From Gemmatimonadales bacterium (GTDB lineage: Bacteria; Gemmatimonadota; Gemmatimonadetes; Gemmatimonadales; GWC2-71-9): 64,000 nucleotides of DNA. A model generated the notes under the pieces. That model did not search any database. It was not told the origin of the DNA and saw only the letters and a list, made by a program, of their open reading frames with translations. This document shows positions 19,272-32,080 of the stretch, one piece after another. A program made the position numbers and the translations under genes. The stretch spans positions 9,569 through 73,568 of the forward strand of contig JBAOHR010000010.1 in assembly GCA_037045245.1 (NCBI GenBank), in the 5' to 3' direction. Position 1 is the first letter of the stretch, and each line of letters opens with the position of its first letter.

Positions 19272-19393
19272 GAGTCGTGAGTCATGAGTCGTGAGACGGC
19301 GGCCGGGGAGACCTGGCCGCCGTTTCATTTCGTTTCACGGTCCCACGCCCCCCATTCTCAGGACTCAGGACTCACGTCTCACGCCTGCTCCGC
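19272..19393. repeat. heptamer-built inverted repeat after rpoC: (GAGTCRT)x3 ... (WCTCASG)x4 with an inner GC hairpin
   Basis: Left arm 19278-19297 matches the reverse complement of 19366-19385 at 18/20 positions. The inner hairpin is CGGCGGCC...GGCCGCCG. Confidence 0.75.
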
Positions 19394-19397
19394 TCCC

Positions 19398-19426
19398 TTG
19401 ACCGGGTTGCGGTTCCCCCGTATCTT
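19398..19426 (+). promoter_or_regulatory. candidate promoter of the str operon, TTGACC-17 nt-TATCTT
   Basis: TTGACC at 19398-19403 and TATCTT at 19421-19426, 70 nt upstream of the rpsL ATG. Confidence 0.45.
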
Positions 19427-19496
19427 GTGGATCTGTCGCCCAAAAGGGGTGTTTTGCCCTTTTTCGGCCAAACGATGAACGCACGACCGGAATCCG

Positions 19497-19907
19497 ATGC
19501 CGACGATCAACCAGCTGCTCCGCCACGGCCGCCAGGAGCCCATCTACAAGGGCAAGGCGCCGCACCTCCAGGGAAACCCGCAGAAGCGCGGCGTTTGCAC
19601 GCGCGTCTACACCACCACCCCGAAGAAGCCGAACTCGGCGTTGCGGAAGGTGGCCAAGGTGCGCCTGGTGAACGGCATCGAAGTGATCGCGTACATCCCG
19701 GGTGAAGGGCACAACCTGCAGGAGCACTCGATCGTCCTGATCCGGGGCGGCCGCGTGAAGGACCTGCCGGGCGTGCGCTACCACATTCTCCGCGGCACCC
19801 TTGACGCCGCGGGCGTCAACGATCGCCGTCAGAGCCGTTCGAAGTACGGCGCCAAGCGGCCGAAGGCCGGCGCGGCGGCGGCCAAGGGCAAGGGAGGTAA
19901 GAAGTGA
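19497..19907 (+). CDS. rpsL: 30S ribosomal protein S12
   Basis: 136 aa ([12 protein letters not shown]...[16 protein letters not shown]) with a short Lys/Gly/Ala C-terminal tail. Confidence 0.97.
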   Translation: MPTINQLLRHGRQEPIYKGKAPHLQGNPQKRGVCTRVYTTTPKKPNSALRKVAKVRLVNGIEVIAYIPGEGHNLQEHSIVLIRGGRVKDLPGVRYHILRGTLDAAGVNDRRQSRSKYGAKRPKAGAAAAKGKGGKK

Positions 19908-20374
19908 GTCGTCGCACCAAGGCCGTGAAGCGCGTCGTTCCGCCGGATCCGCGGTACGATTCCCAGACGGTGTCGAAGTTCGTCAGCAACCTGATGTATG
20001 ACGGGAAGAAGTCGCTGGCCGAGAGCATCTTCTACGGCGCGATGGACATGATCGAGGAGCGCACCGGGCAGCCGGGCGTGGCCGTGTTCAAGCAGGCCGT
20101 GAACAACGCCAAGCCGGCCGTCGAAGTGAAGAGCCGCCGCGTCGGCGGTGCCTCGCTCCAGGTCCCCGTCGAGGTGCGTCCGGAGCGCCGGACCGCCCTG
20201 GCGATGCGCTGGCTGATCTCGTATGCCCGCGCCCGTGGCGAGAAGACGATGGCGGAGCGGCTTGCCGCCGAGCTGATCCTCGCCTCGAAGGGCGAGGGCA
20301 ACACGATCAAGAAGAAGGACGACACGCACCGCATGGCGGAAGCGAACCGGGCCTTCGCGCATTATCGCTGGTAG
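19904..20374 (+). CDS. rpsG: 30S ribosomal protein S7
   Basis: 156 aa with a GTG start overlapping the rpsL stop. It ends with the typical S7 C-terminus, ...[15 protein letters not shown]. Confidence 0.95.
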   Translation: MSRRTKAVKRVVPPDPRYDSQTVSKFVSNLMYDGKKSLAESIFYGAMDMIEERTGQPGVAVFKQAVNNAKPAVEVKSRRVGGASLQVPVEVRPERRTALAMRWLISYARARGEKTMAERLAAELILASKGEGNTIKKKDDTHRMAEANRAFAHYRW

Positions 20375-20401
20375 TAGGGGCGAGGCATGCCTCGCCCGTA
20401 C
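20374..20401. repeat. 28-nt REP-like palindrome, copy 3 (GTAGGGGCGAGGCATGCCTCGCCCGTAC)
   Basis: It overlaps the last base of the rpsG stop codon. The central pair of positions differs from the other copies but remains complementary. Confidence 0.85.
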
Positions 20402-20604
20402 CGGATGAGGCGGCAGGGCTGATTTTGGGATAATCAGGTCAACGTGAGCGGGGAGTCACCCCACCCACCTCTGGACCTTCGAAATGACGCCGGGACTTCC
20501 CTTGGAGGTCCCTGTCTCGGGCAAGTGCCCGGACGTGGCGCGGAGCGATACCGCCGGCACTGCCGGGTCCGGTCGCCCCGCTTTTTCGCTGGGAGTTGGA
20601 GAGC

Positions 20605-22743
<2,139 letters not shown>

Positions 22744-22745
22744 CT

Positions 22746-22818
22746 GGTCATAGGTCGTAGGTCCCAGGTCGTAGGCTGACCTGATCCGACACGACCTACG
22801 ACTTACGACTTACGACCG
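22746..22818. repeat. heptamer-built imperfect inverted repeat after fusA: (GGTCRYA)x4 ... (ACGACYT)x4
   Basis: Left units are GGTCATA GGTCGTA GGTCCCA GGTCGTA; right units are ACGACCT ACGACTT ACGACTT ACGACCG. The innermost units are exact complements. Confidence 0.75.
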
Positions 22819-22851
22819 TAGCACTGAACCAGAACTTTCGAGGATCGGGAC

Positions 22852-24054
<1,203 letters not shown>

Positions 24055-24057
24055 GGC

Positions 24058-24085
24058 GTAGGGGCGACGCATGCGTCGCCCGTAC
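24058..24085. repeat. 28-nt REP-like palindrome, copy 4 (identical to copy 2)
   Basis: It sits at the same offset after the tuf stop as copy 2. Confidence 0.85.
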
Positions 24086-24237
24086 TCACCAGGCTTCGGC
24101 CTGGTGCGGTTTCCGGAAGTAAGGGCGCAGCCTGCTGCGCCCATGCAATGCAGGTGAACCGGGGTGGCTCGACCGCCCCACAGCGGCAGTGACGCGGGAC
24201 AATCCCGCGCCATGATGAGCATCAGAGAGGACTCACG

Positions 24238-24546
24238 ATGGCTGGAAAGATCCGGATCCGCCTCAAGGCGTTCGACCACGTGGTGCTGGACCAGGCCGCG
24301 GCGGATATCGTACGCACTGCGGAAAAGACCGGTGCGCAAGTGTCGGGACCGATTCCCCTGCCGGTGAAGACCGAGCGGTGGACGGTGCTGCGCTCGCCGC
24401 ACGTCGACAAGAAGAGCCGTGAACAGTTCGAGCTGCGGACGCACAAGCGCCTGCTCGACATCCACGACTCACGGCCCCAGACGATGGACGCGCTGACGAA
24501 GCTGGATCTTCCGGCCGGCGTGGACGTCGAGATCAAGGTCGAGTAG
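24238..24546 (+). CDS. rpsJ: 30S ribosomal protein S10
   Basis: 102 aa ([21 protein letters not shown]...). Confidence 0.97.
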   Translation: MAGKIRIRLKAFDHVVLDQAAADIVRTAEKTGAQVSGPIPLPVKTERWTVLRSPHVDKKSREQFELRTHKRLLDIHDSRPQTMDALTKLDLPAGVDVEIKVE

Positions 24547-24549
24547 CCC

Positions 24550-25167
24550 ATGGCCATCATTGGACGCAAGCTCGGCATGACGCGTGTGTTTGCCGCGGAT
24601 GGCACGGCGGTGCCGGTGACGGTCATCGAGGCCGGGCCGTGCCCGGTGCTCCAGGTGAACGACGCTCAGGCGCAGCTCGGCTATGGCCGGCGCAAGGCGC
24701 AGCGCACCACCGGCGCGGCCCTCGGCCACGCCAAGAAGGCCGGCATCGACTACGCGCCGCAGATCATCCGCTCGTTCCAGCTGCCCGGCACGGAGCTGAC
24801 CCCGGGCGCGATGGTGACGGTCGACATCTTCGCCGACGGCGACCTGGTCAAGGTCACCGGGACGACGAAGGGTCGCGGCTTCCAGGGCGTCGTGCACCGG
24901 CACGGCTTCCACGGCGGCCCCGCCTCGCACGGCAACACCCGGCACCGGAAGCCCGGCTCGATCGGCCCCGGCACGGACCCGTCGCGCGTCATCAAGGGGA
25001 AGAAGATGCCCGGCCACCACGGTGCCGAGCGTCACACGGAAATGGGCCTGACGATCGTCAAGGTCGACGCAGAGCGGAACCTGCTGTTCGTGCGCGGGGC
25101 GGTGCCCGGCTCGAAGAACGGCATCGTGACGGTCGCGAAGCAGGGAGGAAAGAGCCGCCATGATTAA
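24550..25167 (+). CDS. rplC: 50S ribosomal protein L3
   Basis: 205 aa ([10 protein letters not shown]...[17 protein letters not shown]). Confidence 0.97.
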   Translation: MAIIGRKLGMTRVFAADGTAVPVTVIEAGPCPVLQVNDAQAQLGYGRRKAQRTTGAALGHAKKAGIDYAPQIIRSFQLPGTELTPGAMVTVDIFADGDLVKVTGTTKGRGFQGVVHRHGFHGGPASHGNTRHRKPGSIGPGTDPSRVIKGKKMPGHHGAERHTEMGLTIVKVDAERNLLFVRGAVPGSKNGIVTVAKQGGKSRHD

Positions 25168-25858
25168 CGCGCCGCACTATTCCGCCAAGGGCGTGAAGCG
25201 CGCCGAGGCGTATGCGCTCCCGGCCGAGCTGTTCGACGGCACGGTGAACGAGGACGTGCTCCACCAGGCGGTGAAGTCGTTCCTCGGCAACCAGCGCCAG
25301 GGCACGCACAAGGTGAAGACCCGCGCCGAGGTTTCCGGCGGTGGTCGCAAGCCGTACAAGCAGAAGGGGACCGGCCGGGCCCGTCAGGGTTCGAACCGCG
25401 CGCCGCACTGGCGTGGCGGCGGCATCGCCTTCGGTCCGAGCCCGCGCTCGTACCGGACCGACCTGCCGAAGAAGGTCCGCCAGCTCGCCCGTCGCTCGGC
25501 GCTGAACGCCCGGGCCCGCGAGGGGATGCTGCACGTGATCGAGACGGTCGCCTTCGAGGCGCCGAAGACCCAGGAGCTGCTCGGCCTGCTGGCCAAGCTG
25601 TCGCTCGAGGGCGTGAAGACGCTGATCCTGACCGACGGCAGCAAGCCGGCGGTATACCTGAGCGCCCGCAACGTGCCGCACCTCACGGTGCTGCCGTTCG
25701 CCGACGCCTCGGCGTACGACATCCTGCGCGCGGATGCGCTGGTGATCGAGGGGACGGCGTTCGGTGGCGAGGTCGAGGCCGACGAGGCCGAGGCCGCCCC
25801 GAAGGCGAAGAAGTCGGCAGCCAAGAAGAAGGCCGCCCCCACGACGGAGAGTGAGTGA
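25160..25858 (+). CDS. rplD: 50S ribosomal protein L4, with a Lys/Ala/Glu-rich C-terminal tail
   Basis: 232 aa with the L4 core (GGGRKPYKQKGTGRARQGS) and a tail EADEAEAAPKAKKSAAKKKAAPTTESE. Confidence 0.95.
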   Translation: MINAPHYSAKGVKRAEAYALPAELFDGTVNEDVLHQAVKSFLGNQRQGTHKVKTRAEVSGGGRKPYKQKGTGRARQGSNRAPHWRGGGIAFGPSPRSYRTDLPKKVRQLARRSALNARAREGMLHVIETVAFEAPKTQELLGLLAKLSLEGVKTLILTDGSKPAVYLSARNVPHLTVLPFADASAYDILRADALVIEGTAFGGEVEADEAEAAPKAKKSAAKKKAAPTTESE

Positions 25859-26145
25859 TGGCGGACCTGCACGGCATCCTGGTGCGTCCGATGATCACCG
25901 AGAAGAGCTCGGCCGCGTGGCAGGATCGCGGCGAGTACGTCTTCGAGGTGCATCCCGAGGCGACGAAGGACCAGATCAAGGCGGCGCTGAAGCAGTTCTT
26001 CGGCGTGAACGCCACCAAAGTTCGCACCATGCAGATGCGCCGCAACGCGATCGCCCGGGGCAAGACCCGTGGCGTGACGCCGCGTTGGAAGAAGGCCATC
26101 GTGACCCTGAAGGACGGCGAATCCTTGGCCGTGTTCGAGGGCTAA
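25858..26145 (+). CDS. rplW: 50S ribosomal protein L23
   Basis: 95 aa from ATG 25858 (TGATG coupling). The GTG at 25855 is an alternative start. Confidence 0.93.
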   Translation: MADLHGILVRPMITEKSSAAWQDRGEYVFEVHPEATKDQIKAALKQFFGVNATKVRTMQMRRNAIARGKTRGVTPRWKKAIVTLKDGESLAVFEG

Positions 26146-26985
26146 ATGAGCATTCGTCAGTTCCGCCCGATCACTGCGGGCACGCGCTTCCGTTCGGTCT
26201 CGGGTTTCGACGAGATCACCCGGGGCACCCCTGAGAAGTCGTTGCTCGAGCCCCTGACGTCGTCGGGCGGCCGCAACAACCAGGGCCACGTCACCTCGCG
26301 GCATCGCGGCGGTGGCCACAAGCAGATGTACCGTCGCGTCGACTTCAAGCGCGACAAGTTCGGGATCCCGGCGCGCGTGGCCGAGATCGAGTACGATCCG
26401 AACCGCACGGCCCGGATTGCGCTGCTCTTCTACGCCGACGGCGAGAAGCGCTACATCCTGCACCCGGCCGGCCTGAAGCAGGGCGACACGGTGATGAGCG
26501 GCCCGGGCAGCGACATCCGCGTGGGCAACGCGGTGCCGCTGGGCGAGGTCCCGCTGGGCACCATGGTGCACAACATCGAGCTGAAGATCGGCAAGGGCGG
26601 CCAGATGGCGCGCTCGGCCGGTCAGGGCGCCCAGGTGCTGGCCCGCGAGGGCGAGTACGTGACGCTCCGGATGAAGTCGTCGGAGATGCGGCTGGTGCAT
26701 GGCCGCTGCCTGGCGACGATCGGTGAGGTCGGCAACTCGGAGCACGAGCTGCTGTCGGTCGGCAAGGCCGGCAAGAGCCGGTGGCAGGGCAAGCGGCCGC
26801 ACGTGCGCGGCGTTGCCATGAACCCGGTGGACCACCCGCTCGGCGGCGGCGAAGGCAAGACCTCGGGCGGACGTCCGCCGGTCTCGCCTTGGGGCAAGCC
26901 CGAGGGGACGAAGACGCGGAAGCGGAAGAAGGCATCGAACCGACTCATCGTGCGCGGGCGCAAGCGCGGGAAGGCGACCAAGTAA
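26146..26985 (+). CDS. rplB: 50S ribosomal protein L2
   Basis: 279 aa ([18 protein letters not shown]...[18 protein letters not shown]). Confidence 0.98.
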   Translation: MSIRQFRPITAGTRFRSVSGFDEITRGTPEKSLLEPLTSSGGRNNQGHVTSRHRGGGHKQMYRRVDFKRDKFGIPARVAEIEYDPNRTARIALLFYADGEKRYILHPAGLKQGDTVMSGPGSDIRVGNAVPLGEVPLGTMVHNIELKIGKGGQMARSAGQGAQVLAREGEYVTLRMKSSEMRLVHGRCLATIGEVGNSEHELLSVGKAGKSRWQGKRPHVRGVAMNPVDHPLGGGEGKTSGGRPPVSPWGKPEGTKTRKRKKASNRLIVRGRKRGKATK

Positions 26986-27272
26986 TGGCACGCAGCATCC
27001 GGAAGGGCCCCTTCGTTCAGCAGGCGCTGGCCGACAAGGTCGTCGCCCTGAACAACAAGAACGAGAAGAAGGTCGTCAAGACCTGGAGCCGGGCGAGCAC
27101 CATTCTCCCCGAGTTCGTCGGTCACACCTTCGCCGTGCACAACGGGAACAAGTTCGTCCCGGTGTACGTCTCCGAGAACATGGTCGGCCACAAGCTGGGC
27201 GAGTTCGCGCCGACCCGACTGTTCCGCGGCCACAGCGGCAAGCTGGTCGCGGACAAGAAGGCGAAGGCCTGA
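26985..27272 (+). CDS. rpsS: 30S ribosomal protein S19
   Basis: 95 aa from ATG 26985 (TAATG coupling). Sequence begins [11 protein letters not shown] and includes [17 protein letters not shown]. Confidence 0.95.
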   Translation: MARSIRKGPFVQQALADKVVALNNKNEKKVVKTWSRASTILPEFVGHTFAVHNGNKFVPVYVSENMVGHKLGEFAPTRLFRGHSGKLVADKKAKA

Positions 27273-27273
27273 T

Positions 27274-27630
27274 ATGCATGGCTATGCGATTCAGCGCTCG
27301 GTTCGGCAGTCGCCGCGCAAGATGCGCCTGGTGATGGACCTGATCCGTGGCAAGAACGTGAATGAGGCGTACGCGCTCCTCATGTTCAACAAGAAGCTGG
27401 CGGCGAAGCAGATCGCGAAGACGCTGAAGTCGGCGGTGGCGAATGCGGAGCAGAAGGCCCTCCTGGCCAACGAGGCGTTCGACGTCGACCTGCTGGTCGT
27501 GTCGGATGCGCAGGTGGACATGGGCTCGCCGCTCAAGCGGTTCGCCGCCGCGGCACAGGGCCGGGCGACGCCGATCCGGAAGCCGACCAGTCACGTCAAG
27601 ATTGCCGTGACGACGAAGGGGGCGAAGTAA
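27274..27630 (+). CDS. rplV: 50S ribosomal protein L22
   Basis: 118 aa ([20 protein letters not shown]). Confidence 0.95.
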   Translation: MHGYAIQRSVRQSPRKMRLVMDLIRGKNVNEAYALLMFNKKLAAKQIAKTLKSAVANAEQKALLANEAFDVDLLVVSDAQVDMGSPLKRFAAAAQGRATPIRKPTSHVKIAVTTKGAK

Positions 27631-28310
27631 TGGGTCAGAAGACGCATCCAGTCGGATTCCGGCTCGGGGTCACGAAGCAGCCGCTCTCGCGGTGGTACGC
27701 GGCGTCGAAGGACATGCCGTCGCTGCTCGCCGAGGACCGCCTGATCCGCGACTACATCCAGCGCCGACTCGGGCACGCGGCGATCGCCGAAGTGCACATC
27801 GAGCGGAAGCCGGGCAAGGTGACGGTCACGATCCACACGGGTCGGCCGGGCGTGGTGATCGGCAAGCGCGGCGCCGAAGTGGACAAGCTCCGCGAGGAGC
27901 TGGCCATGGTGCTCGAGCGCCAGCTGAAGGTGACGAAGGATGTCGCGGTGAACGTCGAGGAGATCAAGCGGCCGGAGCTCTCGGCCAAGCTGGTCGCCGA
28001 CAACATCGCGGCGCAGCTGGAGCAGCGCATCTCGTTCCGCCGGGCGCTGAAGCGCGCGGTGCAGAGCGCGATGCGGATGGGCGCCCAGGGCATCCGCGTG
28101 CGGGCGGCGGGTCGCCTCGGCGGCGCCGAGATCGCGCGGACGGAAGGCTACCGCGAGGGGCGGGTGCCGCTCCACACGCTGCGCGCCGACATCGACTACG
28201 CGACGGGCACGGCGAAGACGACCTACGGCGCCATCGGCATCAAGGTCTGGATCTTCAAGGGCGAGGTCGTGGACGACATGAGCGGCCGCACCTACAGCAC
28301 GGGGGCCTGA
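27630..28310 (+). CDS. rpsC: 30S ribosomal protein S3
   Basis: 226 aa ([13 protein letters not shown]...; KH domain). Confidence 0.97.
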   Translation: MGQKTHPVGFRLGVTKQPLSRWYAASKDMPSLLAEDRLIRDYIQRRLGHAAIAEVHIERKPGKVTVTIHTGRPGVVIGKRGAEVDKLREELAMVLERQLKVTKDVAVNVEEIKRPELSAKLVADNIAAQLEQRISFRRALKRAVQSAMRMGAQGIRVRAAGRLGGAEIARTEGYREGRVPLHTLRADIDYATGTAKTTYGAIGIKVWIFKGEVVDDMSGRTYSTGA

Positions 28311-28314
28311 CACC

Positions 28315-28728
28315 ATGTTGGCACCGAAGCGGATCAAGTTCCGCAAGACGTTCAAGGGGCGCACGAAGGGCGTGGCCACCCGCGGGAATTCCGTGGCGTT
28401 CGGCGAGTGGGCGATCACCTCGCTCGAGCCGGGGTGGATCACCAACCGCCAGATCGAGGCGGCCCGCGTGGCGATGACCCGTGAGATGAAGCGTGGCGGC
28501 AAGGTGTGGATCCGGATCTTCCCGGACAAGCCGATCACGAAGAAGCCGGCCGAAACCCGCATGGGCAAGGGCAAGGGCAATCCGGAAGGGTGGGTGGCCG
28601 TGATCAAGCCGGGCCGCGTGCTCTTCGAAGTGGATGGCGTGACGGAAGAATTGGCGCGCGCCGCGTTGGCGCTGGCCCAGGCGAAGCTGCCGGTCCGGAC
28701 CCGCGTCCTCAAGCGCGAGGAGATCTGA
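28315..28728 (+). CDS. rplP: 50S ribosomal protein L16
   Basis: 137 aa ([16 protein letters not shown]...[14 protein letters not shown]). Confidence 0.97.
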   Translation: MLAPKRIKFRKTFKGRTKGVATRGNSVAFGEWAITSLEPGWITNRQIEAARVAMTREMKRGGKVWIRIFPDKPITKKPAETRMGKGKGNPEGWVAVIKPGRVLFEVDGVTEELARAALALAQAKLPVRTRVLKREEI

Positions 28729-28731
28729 GGC

Positions 28732-28929
28732 ATGACGAATAGCGTGGACCTGCGGGCGCTCTCGGTCGAGGAGCTCGAGGCAAAACTGGCCGAGCTGCGG
28801 GAGGAGCGCTTCCGCCTGCGCTTCCGCGCCGCGACGGAGACGATCGAAAATCCGATGCGGTTCCGGACCATCCGTCGCGATGTCGCGCGGGTGCTGACGA
28901 TTCTGGGCGAGAAGCGCCGCAAGGCGTGA
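28732..28929 (+). CDS. rpmC: 50S ribosomal protein L29
   Basis: 65 aa (LRALSVEELEAKLAELREERFRLRF). Confidence 0.93.
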   Translation: MTNSVDLRALSVEELEAKLAELREERFRLRFRAATETIENPMRFRTIRRDVARVLTILGEKRRKA

Positions 28930-28933
28930 GGAG

Positions 28934-29212
28934 ATGGCAATGACCGAGAAGACCACTGCCGCCGAACGCCTCGCCCGGAAGATCCGCACGGGCGTCGTGA
29001 CGAGCGACAAGATGCAGAAGACGGTGACCGTCGTGCTGGAGCGCCGGCTGGCGCATCCGAAGTACGGGAAGCAGGTCACCCGCAGCAAGAAGGTGAAGGT
29101 TCGCAATGACCATGACGCCAAGGCGGGCGACACGGTGAAGATCATGGAGACGCGCCCCCTGGCGAAGACCGTCCACTGGCGGACGGTTGAGCTGGTCGAG
29201 CGGGCTCGCTAG
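28934..29212 (+). CDS. rpsQ: 30S ribosomal protein S17
   Basis: 92 aa ([27 protein letters not shown]), with GAGGAG upstream. Confidence 0.95.
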   Translation: MAMTEKTTAAERLARKIRTGVVTSDKMQKTVTVVLERRLAHPKYGKQVTRSKKVKVRNDHDAKAGDTVKIMETRPLAKTVHWRTVELVERAR

Positions 29213-29229
29213 GCCGGGGAGACGAAACG

Positions 29230-29598
29230 ATGGTACAGCAGGAGAGCATCCTGAAGATCGCGGACAACTCGGGGGCCCGTAAGGCGCTCGTGATCCGGGT
29301 CCTCGGCGGGTCGCGGCGGCGCTACGCCTCCCTGGGCGACCGGGTGGTGGTGGCGATCAAGGACGCCATTCCGACCGGCCAGGTGAAGAAGGGCGACGTG
29401 GCGAAGGCCGTGATCGTGCGGACCGCGAAGGAAGTGCGCCGGAAGGACGGGTCGTACATCCGCTTCGACGAGAACGCGGCGGTCATCATCAATGACCAGG
29501 GCGAGCCGAAGGCGACCCGCATCTTCGGGCCGGTGGCCCGTGAGCTGCGCGAGAAGCGCTACATGAAGATCGTCTCGCTGGCGCCGGAGGTGCTCTGA
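29230..29598 (+). CDS. rplN: 50S ribosomal protein L14
   Basis: 122 aa ([27 protein letters not shown]). Confidence 0.97.
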   Translation: MVQQESILKIADNSGARKALVIRVLGGSRRRYASLGDRVVVAIKDAIPTGQVKKGDVAKAVIVRTAKEVRRKDGSYIRFDENAAVIINDQGEPKATRIFGPVARELREKRYMKIVSLAPEVL

Positions 29599-29599
29599 C

Positions 29600-29980
29600 A
29601 TGAAGCAGCTCGTCTACAAGAAGGCGAAGCGCGTGCGTCACACGGCGCCGGTCTCGCTCCGGATGCACATCACCAAGGGCGACACCGTCCAGGTGATCTC
29701 GGGCGACGACAAGGGGAAGCGCGGGACCGTCCTTCGGGTGTACCCGAAGACCGGCCGCGTCACCGTGGACGGCGTGAACCTGGCGAAGCGGCACCGCCGC
29801 CCGACCCAGACGACGGAGGGGGGGATCTTCACGTTCGCGGCCCCGCTCCACCACTCGAAGGTGATGCTGATCGACCCGACGACGGGCGCACCGACCCGGA
29901 TCCGGCGGCAGAAGGATGCTGACGGGACCGTGGAGCGGATCGCCGTGAAGTCCGGGGCAGCGATTCCGAGGACCCGGTAA
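29600..29980 (+). CDS. rplX: 50S ribosomal protein L24
   Basis: 126 aa with a KOW motif (ITKGDTVQVISGDDKGKRGTVLRV). Confidence 0.93.
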   Translation: MKQLVYKKAKRVRHTAPVSLRMHITKGDTVQVISGDDKGKRGTVLRVYPKTGRVTVDGVNLAKRHRRPTQTTEGGIFTFAAPLHHSKVMLIDPTTGAPTRIRRQKDADGTVERIAVKSGAAIPRTR

Positions 29981-30717
29981 TGGCGAAGACTCCGACGAAG
30001 GGCGGCAAGGACGGCGCCAAGGCGCCGGCGAAGGGTGGCGGCGGCGCGAAGGGCGGCGGCGCGGCGAGCGGGAAGAAGGCGAGCTCGGGCGGCGCCAAGG
30101 GCGCGGTCTCGACCCTGCCGGTCGACGCGGCCCCCAAGGCCCGCGTGGGCAAGCCCCGCATGCAGCTCCACTATGAAGAGGTGGTGCGCGCGCGGCTGGT
30201 GAAGCAGTTCGGCCTCACCAACCCGAACGCGGTGCCGAAGCTCGTGAAGATCGTGCTCAACGTCGGCCTGGGCGAGGGCGCCAAGACGCCGCGCCTGGTC
30301 GACGTCGCGGTCGAGGAGCTGGCGATGGTGACCGGCCAGAAGGCGGTCGTCACCAAGGCGAAGAAGGCGATCGCGAACTTCGGCCTCCGGGCCGGGATGC
30401 CGGTCGGCTGCGCCGTGACGCTCCGCGGGGCCCGGATGTACGAGTTCCTCGACCGCTTCATCACGCTCGCGGTGCCGCGCATGCGCGACTTCCGCGGGCT
30501 GCCGACGAAGAGCTTCGACGGTCGCGGGAACTACACCTTCGGGATCAAGGAACAGATGGTCTTCCCGGAGATCGACTACGACAAGGTCGAGAATGTCCAC
30601 GGGATGGACATCACGCTGGTGACCACGGCGGGTCGCGATGATCTCGCGATGGCGCTGCTGCGCGAGTTTGGCTGGCCCTTCCGCGGGGAGACGCCGACGT
30701 CTCTCCGAGTGGCCTGA
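29980..30717 (+). CDS. rplE: 50S ribosomal protein L5 with a ~60-aa Lys/Gly/Ala-rich N-terminal extension
   Basis: 245 aa from the TAATG-coupled ATG at 29980. The canonical L5 core starts near MQLHYEEVV (an internal ATG around 30160 is an alternative start). The extension has coding-like GC3. Confidence 0.9.
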   Translation: MAKTPTKGGKDGAKAPAKGGGGAKGGGAASGKKASSGGAKGAVSTLPVDAAPKARVGKPRMQLHYEEVVRARLVKQFGLTNPNAVPKLVKIVLNVGLGEGAKTPRLVDVAVEELAMVTGQKAVVTKAKKAIANFGLRAGMPVGCAVTLRGARMYEFLDRFITLAVPRMRDFRGLPTKSFDGRGNYTFGIKEQMVFPEIDYDKVENVHGMDITLVTTAGRDDLAMALLREFGWPFRGETPTSLRVA

Positions 30718-30764
30718 GGGAGCGCGATGATGATGACGAACGGGACCAAGAGGGACGGCAACGC

Positions 30765-31160
30765 ATGAGCATGACAGATCCAGTCGCGGACATGCTGACT
30801 CGCATCCGCAACGCCTGCTCGGCGGGGCACAAGCGCGTGGACATGCCCGCGTCGAAGCTCAAGAACGAGCTCGCGCGGCTGTTGCGCGACAATCACTACA
30901 TCGCGGACTTCAAGGTCCTGGAGGACGGCCCCGCGGGGACGCTCCGCCTGTACCTGAAGTACCACAACGAAATGCCGGTGATTCGCGAGCTGCAGCGCGT
31001 CTCCTCGCCGGGGCTCCGCCGGTACGTCAAGTGCCGCGACCTCCCGCGCGTGAAGAACGGGCTCGGCATCGCGATCGTCTCGACCCCGAAGGGGCTGATG
31101 ACGGACCGCGACGCGCGCACGGCCAACCTGGGCGGCGAACTCCTCGCCGTCGTCTGGTAG
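30765..31160 (+). CDS. rpsH: 30S ribosomal protein S8
   Basis: 131 aa (MTDPVADMLTRIRNA...). Confidence 0.97.
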   Translation: MSMTDPVADMLTRIRNACSAGHKRVDMPASKLKNELARLLRDNHYIADFKVLEDGPAGTLRLYLKYHNEMPVIRELQRVSSPGLRRYVKCRDLPRVKNGLGIAIVSTPKGLMTDRDARTANLGGELLAVVW

Positions 31161-31169
31161 GAGGCGCCC

Positions 31170-31709
31170 ATGTCACGCATTGGCAAGAAGGCGATTCCGC
31201 TGCCGGCCGGCGTCACGGCGAGCATCGAGGGGACCACGGTGACGGTGAAGGGCCCGAAGGGCTCGCTCACCCGCACCCTGCCCCAGGACATCACGCTGCG
31301 CATGGAAGGCGGCGAGATCCTGGTCGAGCGCCCGAGTGAGGCCACGCGGCACAAGGCGCTCCACGGCCTCTCGCGCACCCTCGTGGCCAACATGGTCGAG
31401 GGCGTGTCGAAGGGCTACGTGAAGGCGCTCGAGCTGCAGGGCGTCGGCTACAAGGCCGAGTCCAAGCCCTACGGCGTCAACCTCGTCGTCGGCCTCTCCC
31501 ACCAGGTCGCCATCAAGGCGCCGGACGGGATCAAGCTGATCTGCGAGACCCCGACGCTGCTCAAGGTCGAGGGGATCAACAAGGAACTGGTCGGCCAGGT
31601 GGCCGCCGAGATTCGCAGCGTCCGCCCGCCCGAGCCGTACAAGGGGAAGGGCATTCGCTACCAGGGTGAGCAGGTCCGCCGCAAGGCGGGCAAGACGGGA
31701 GCCAAGTAA
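31170..31709 (+). CDS. rplF: 50S ribosomal protein L6
   Basis: 179 aa ([15 protein letters not shown]...). Confidence 0.97.
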   Translation: MSRIGKKAIPLPAGVTASIEGTTVTVKGPKGSLTRTLPQDITLRMEGGEILVERPSEATRHKALHGLSRTLVANMVEGVSKGYVKALELQGVGYKAESKPYGVNLVVGLSHQVAIKAPDGIKLICETPTLLKVEGINKELVGQVAAEIRSVRPPEPYKGKGIRYQGEQVRRKAGKTGAK

Positions 31710-32080
31710 TGCGGCCGATTCATTCACCGAAGCGCCGGGAAGACCGCCGCTATCGCCGTCACCTCCGCGTCCGCCTTCGGGTGGCCGGCACCGCCGAGCG
31801 TCCGCGCCTCGTGGTGTACCGTTCGCTGAAGCACATCTACGCCCAGCTCGTCAATGACGATCTCGGCGTGGCGCTCCTCGGCGTGTCGGACACCTCCGAG
31901 GGCATCACGCTCAAGGGCGAAGGGAAGACCGCGAAGGCTGCCGCCGTCGGCCAGTTGCTGGCCGAGAAGGCGAAGGCCGCCGGGATCACCAAGGTGGTGT
32001 TCGACCGGGCTGGCTACCAGTATCACGGCCGCGTCAAGGCCGTGGCCGAGGGCGCCCGCGAGGGCGGATTGGAGTTCTAA
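31709..32080 (+). CDS. rplR: 50S ribosomal protein L18
   Basis: 123 aa ([20 protein letters not shown]...[24 protein letters not shown]). Confidence 0.95.
   Translation: MRPIHSPKRREDRRYRRHLRVRLRVAGTAERPRLVVYRSLKHIYAQLVNDDLGVALLGVSDTSEGITLKGEGKTAKAAAVGQLLAEKAKAAGITKVVFDRAGYQYHGRVKAVAEGAREGGLEF

Noticed and set aside
20596-20604. TTG start for fusA as given by the ORF track
   Set aside because: ATG 20605 has a GGGAG at ideal spacing and gives the canonical EF-G N-terminus. The TTG would sit inside the SD region.
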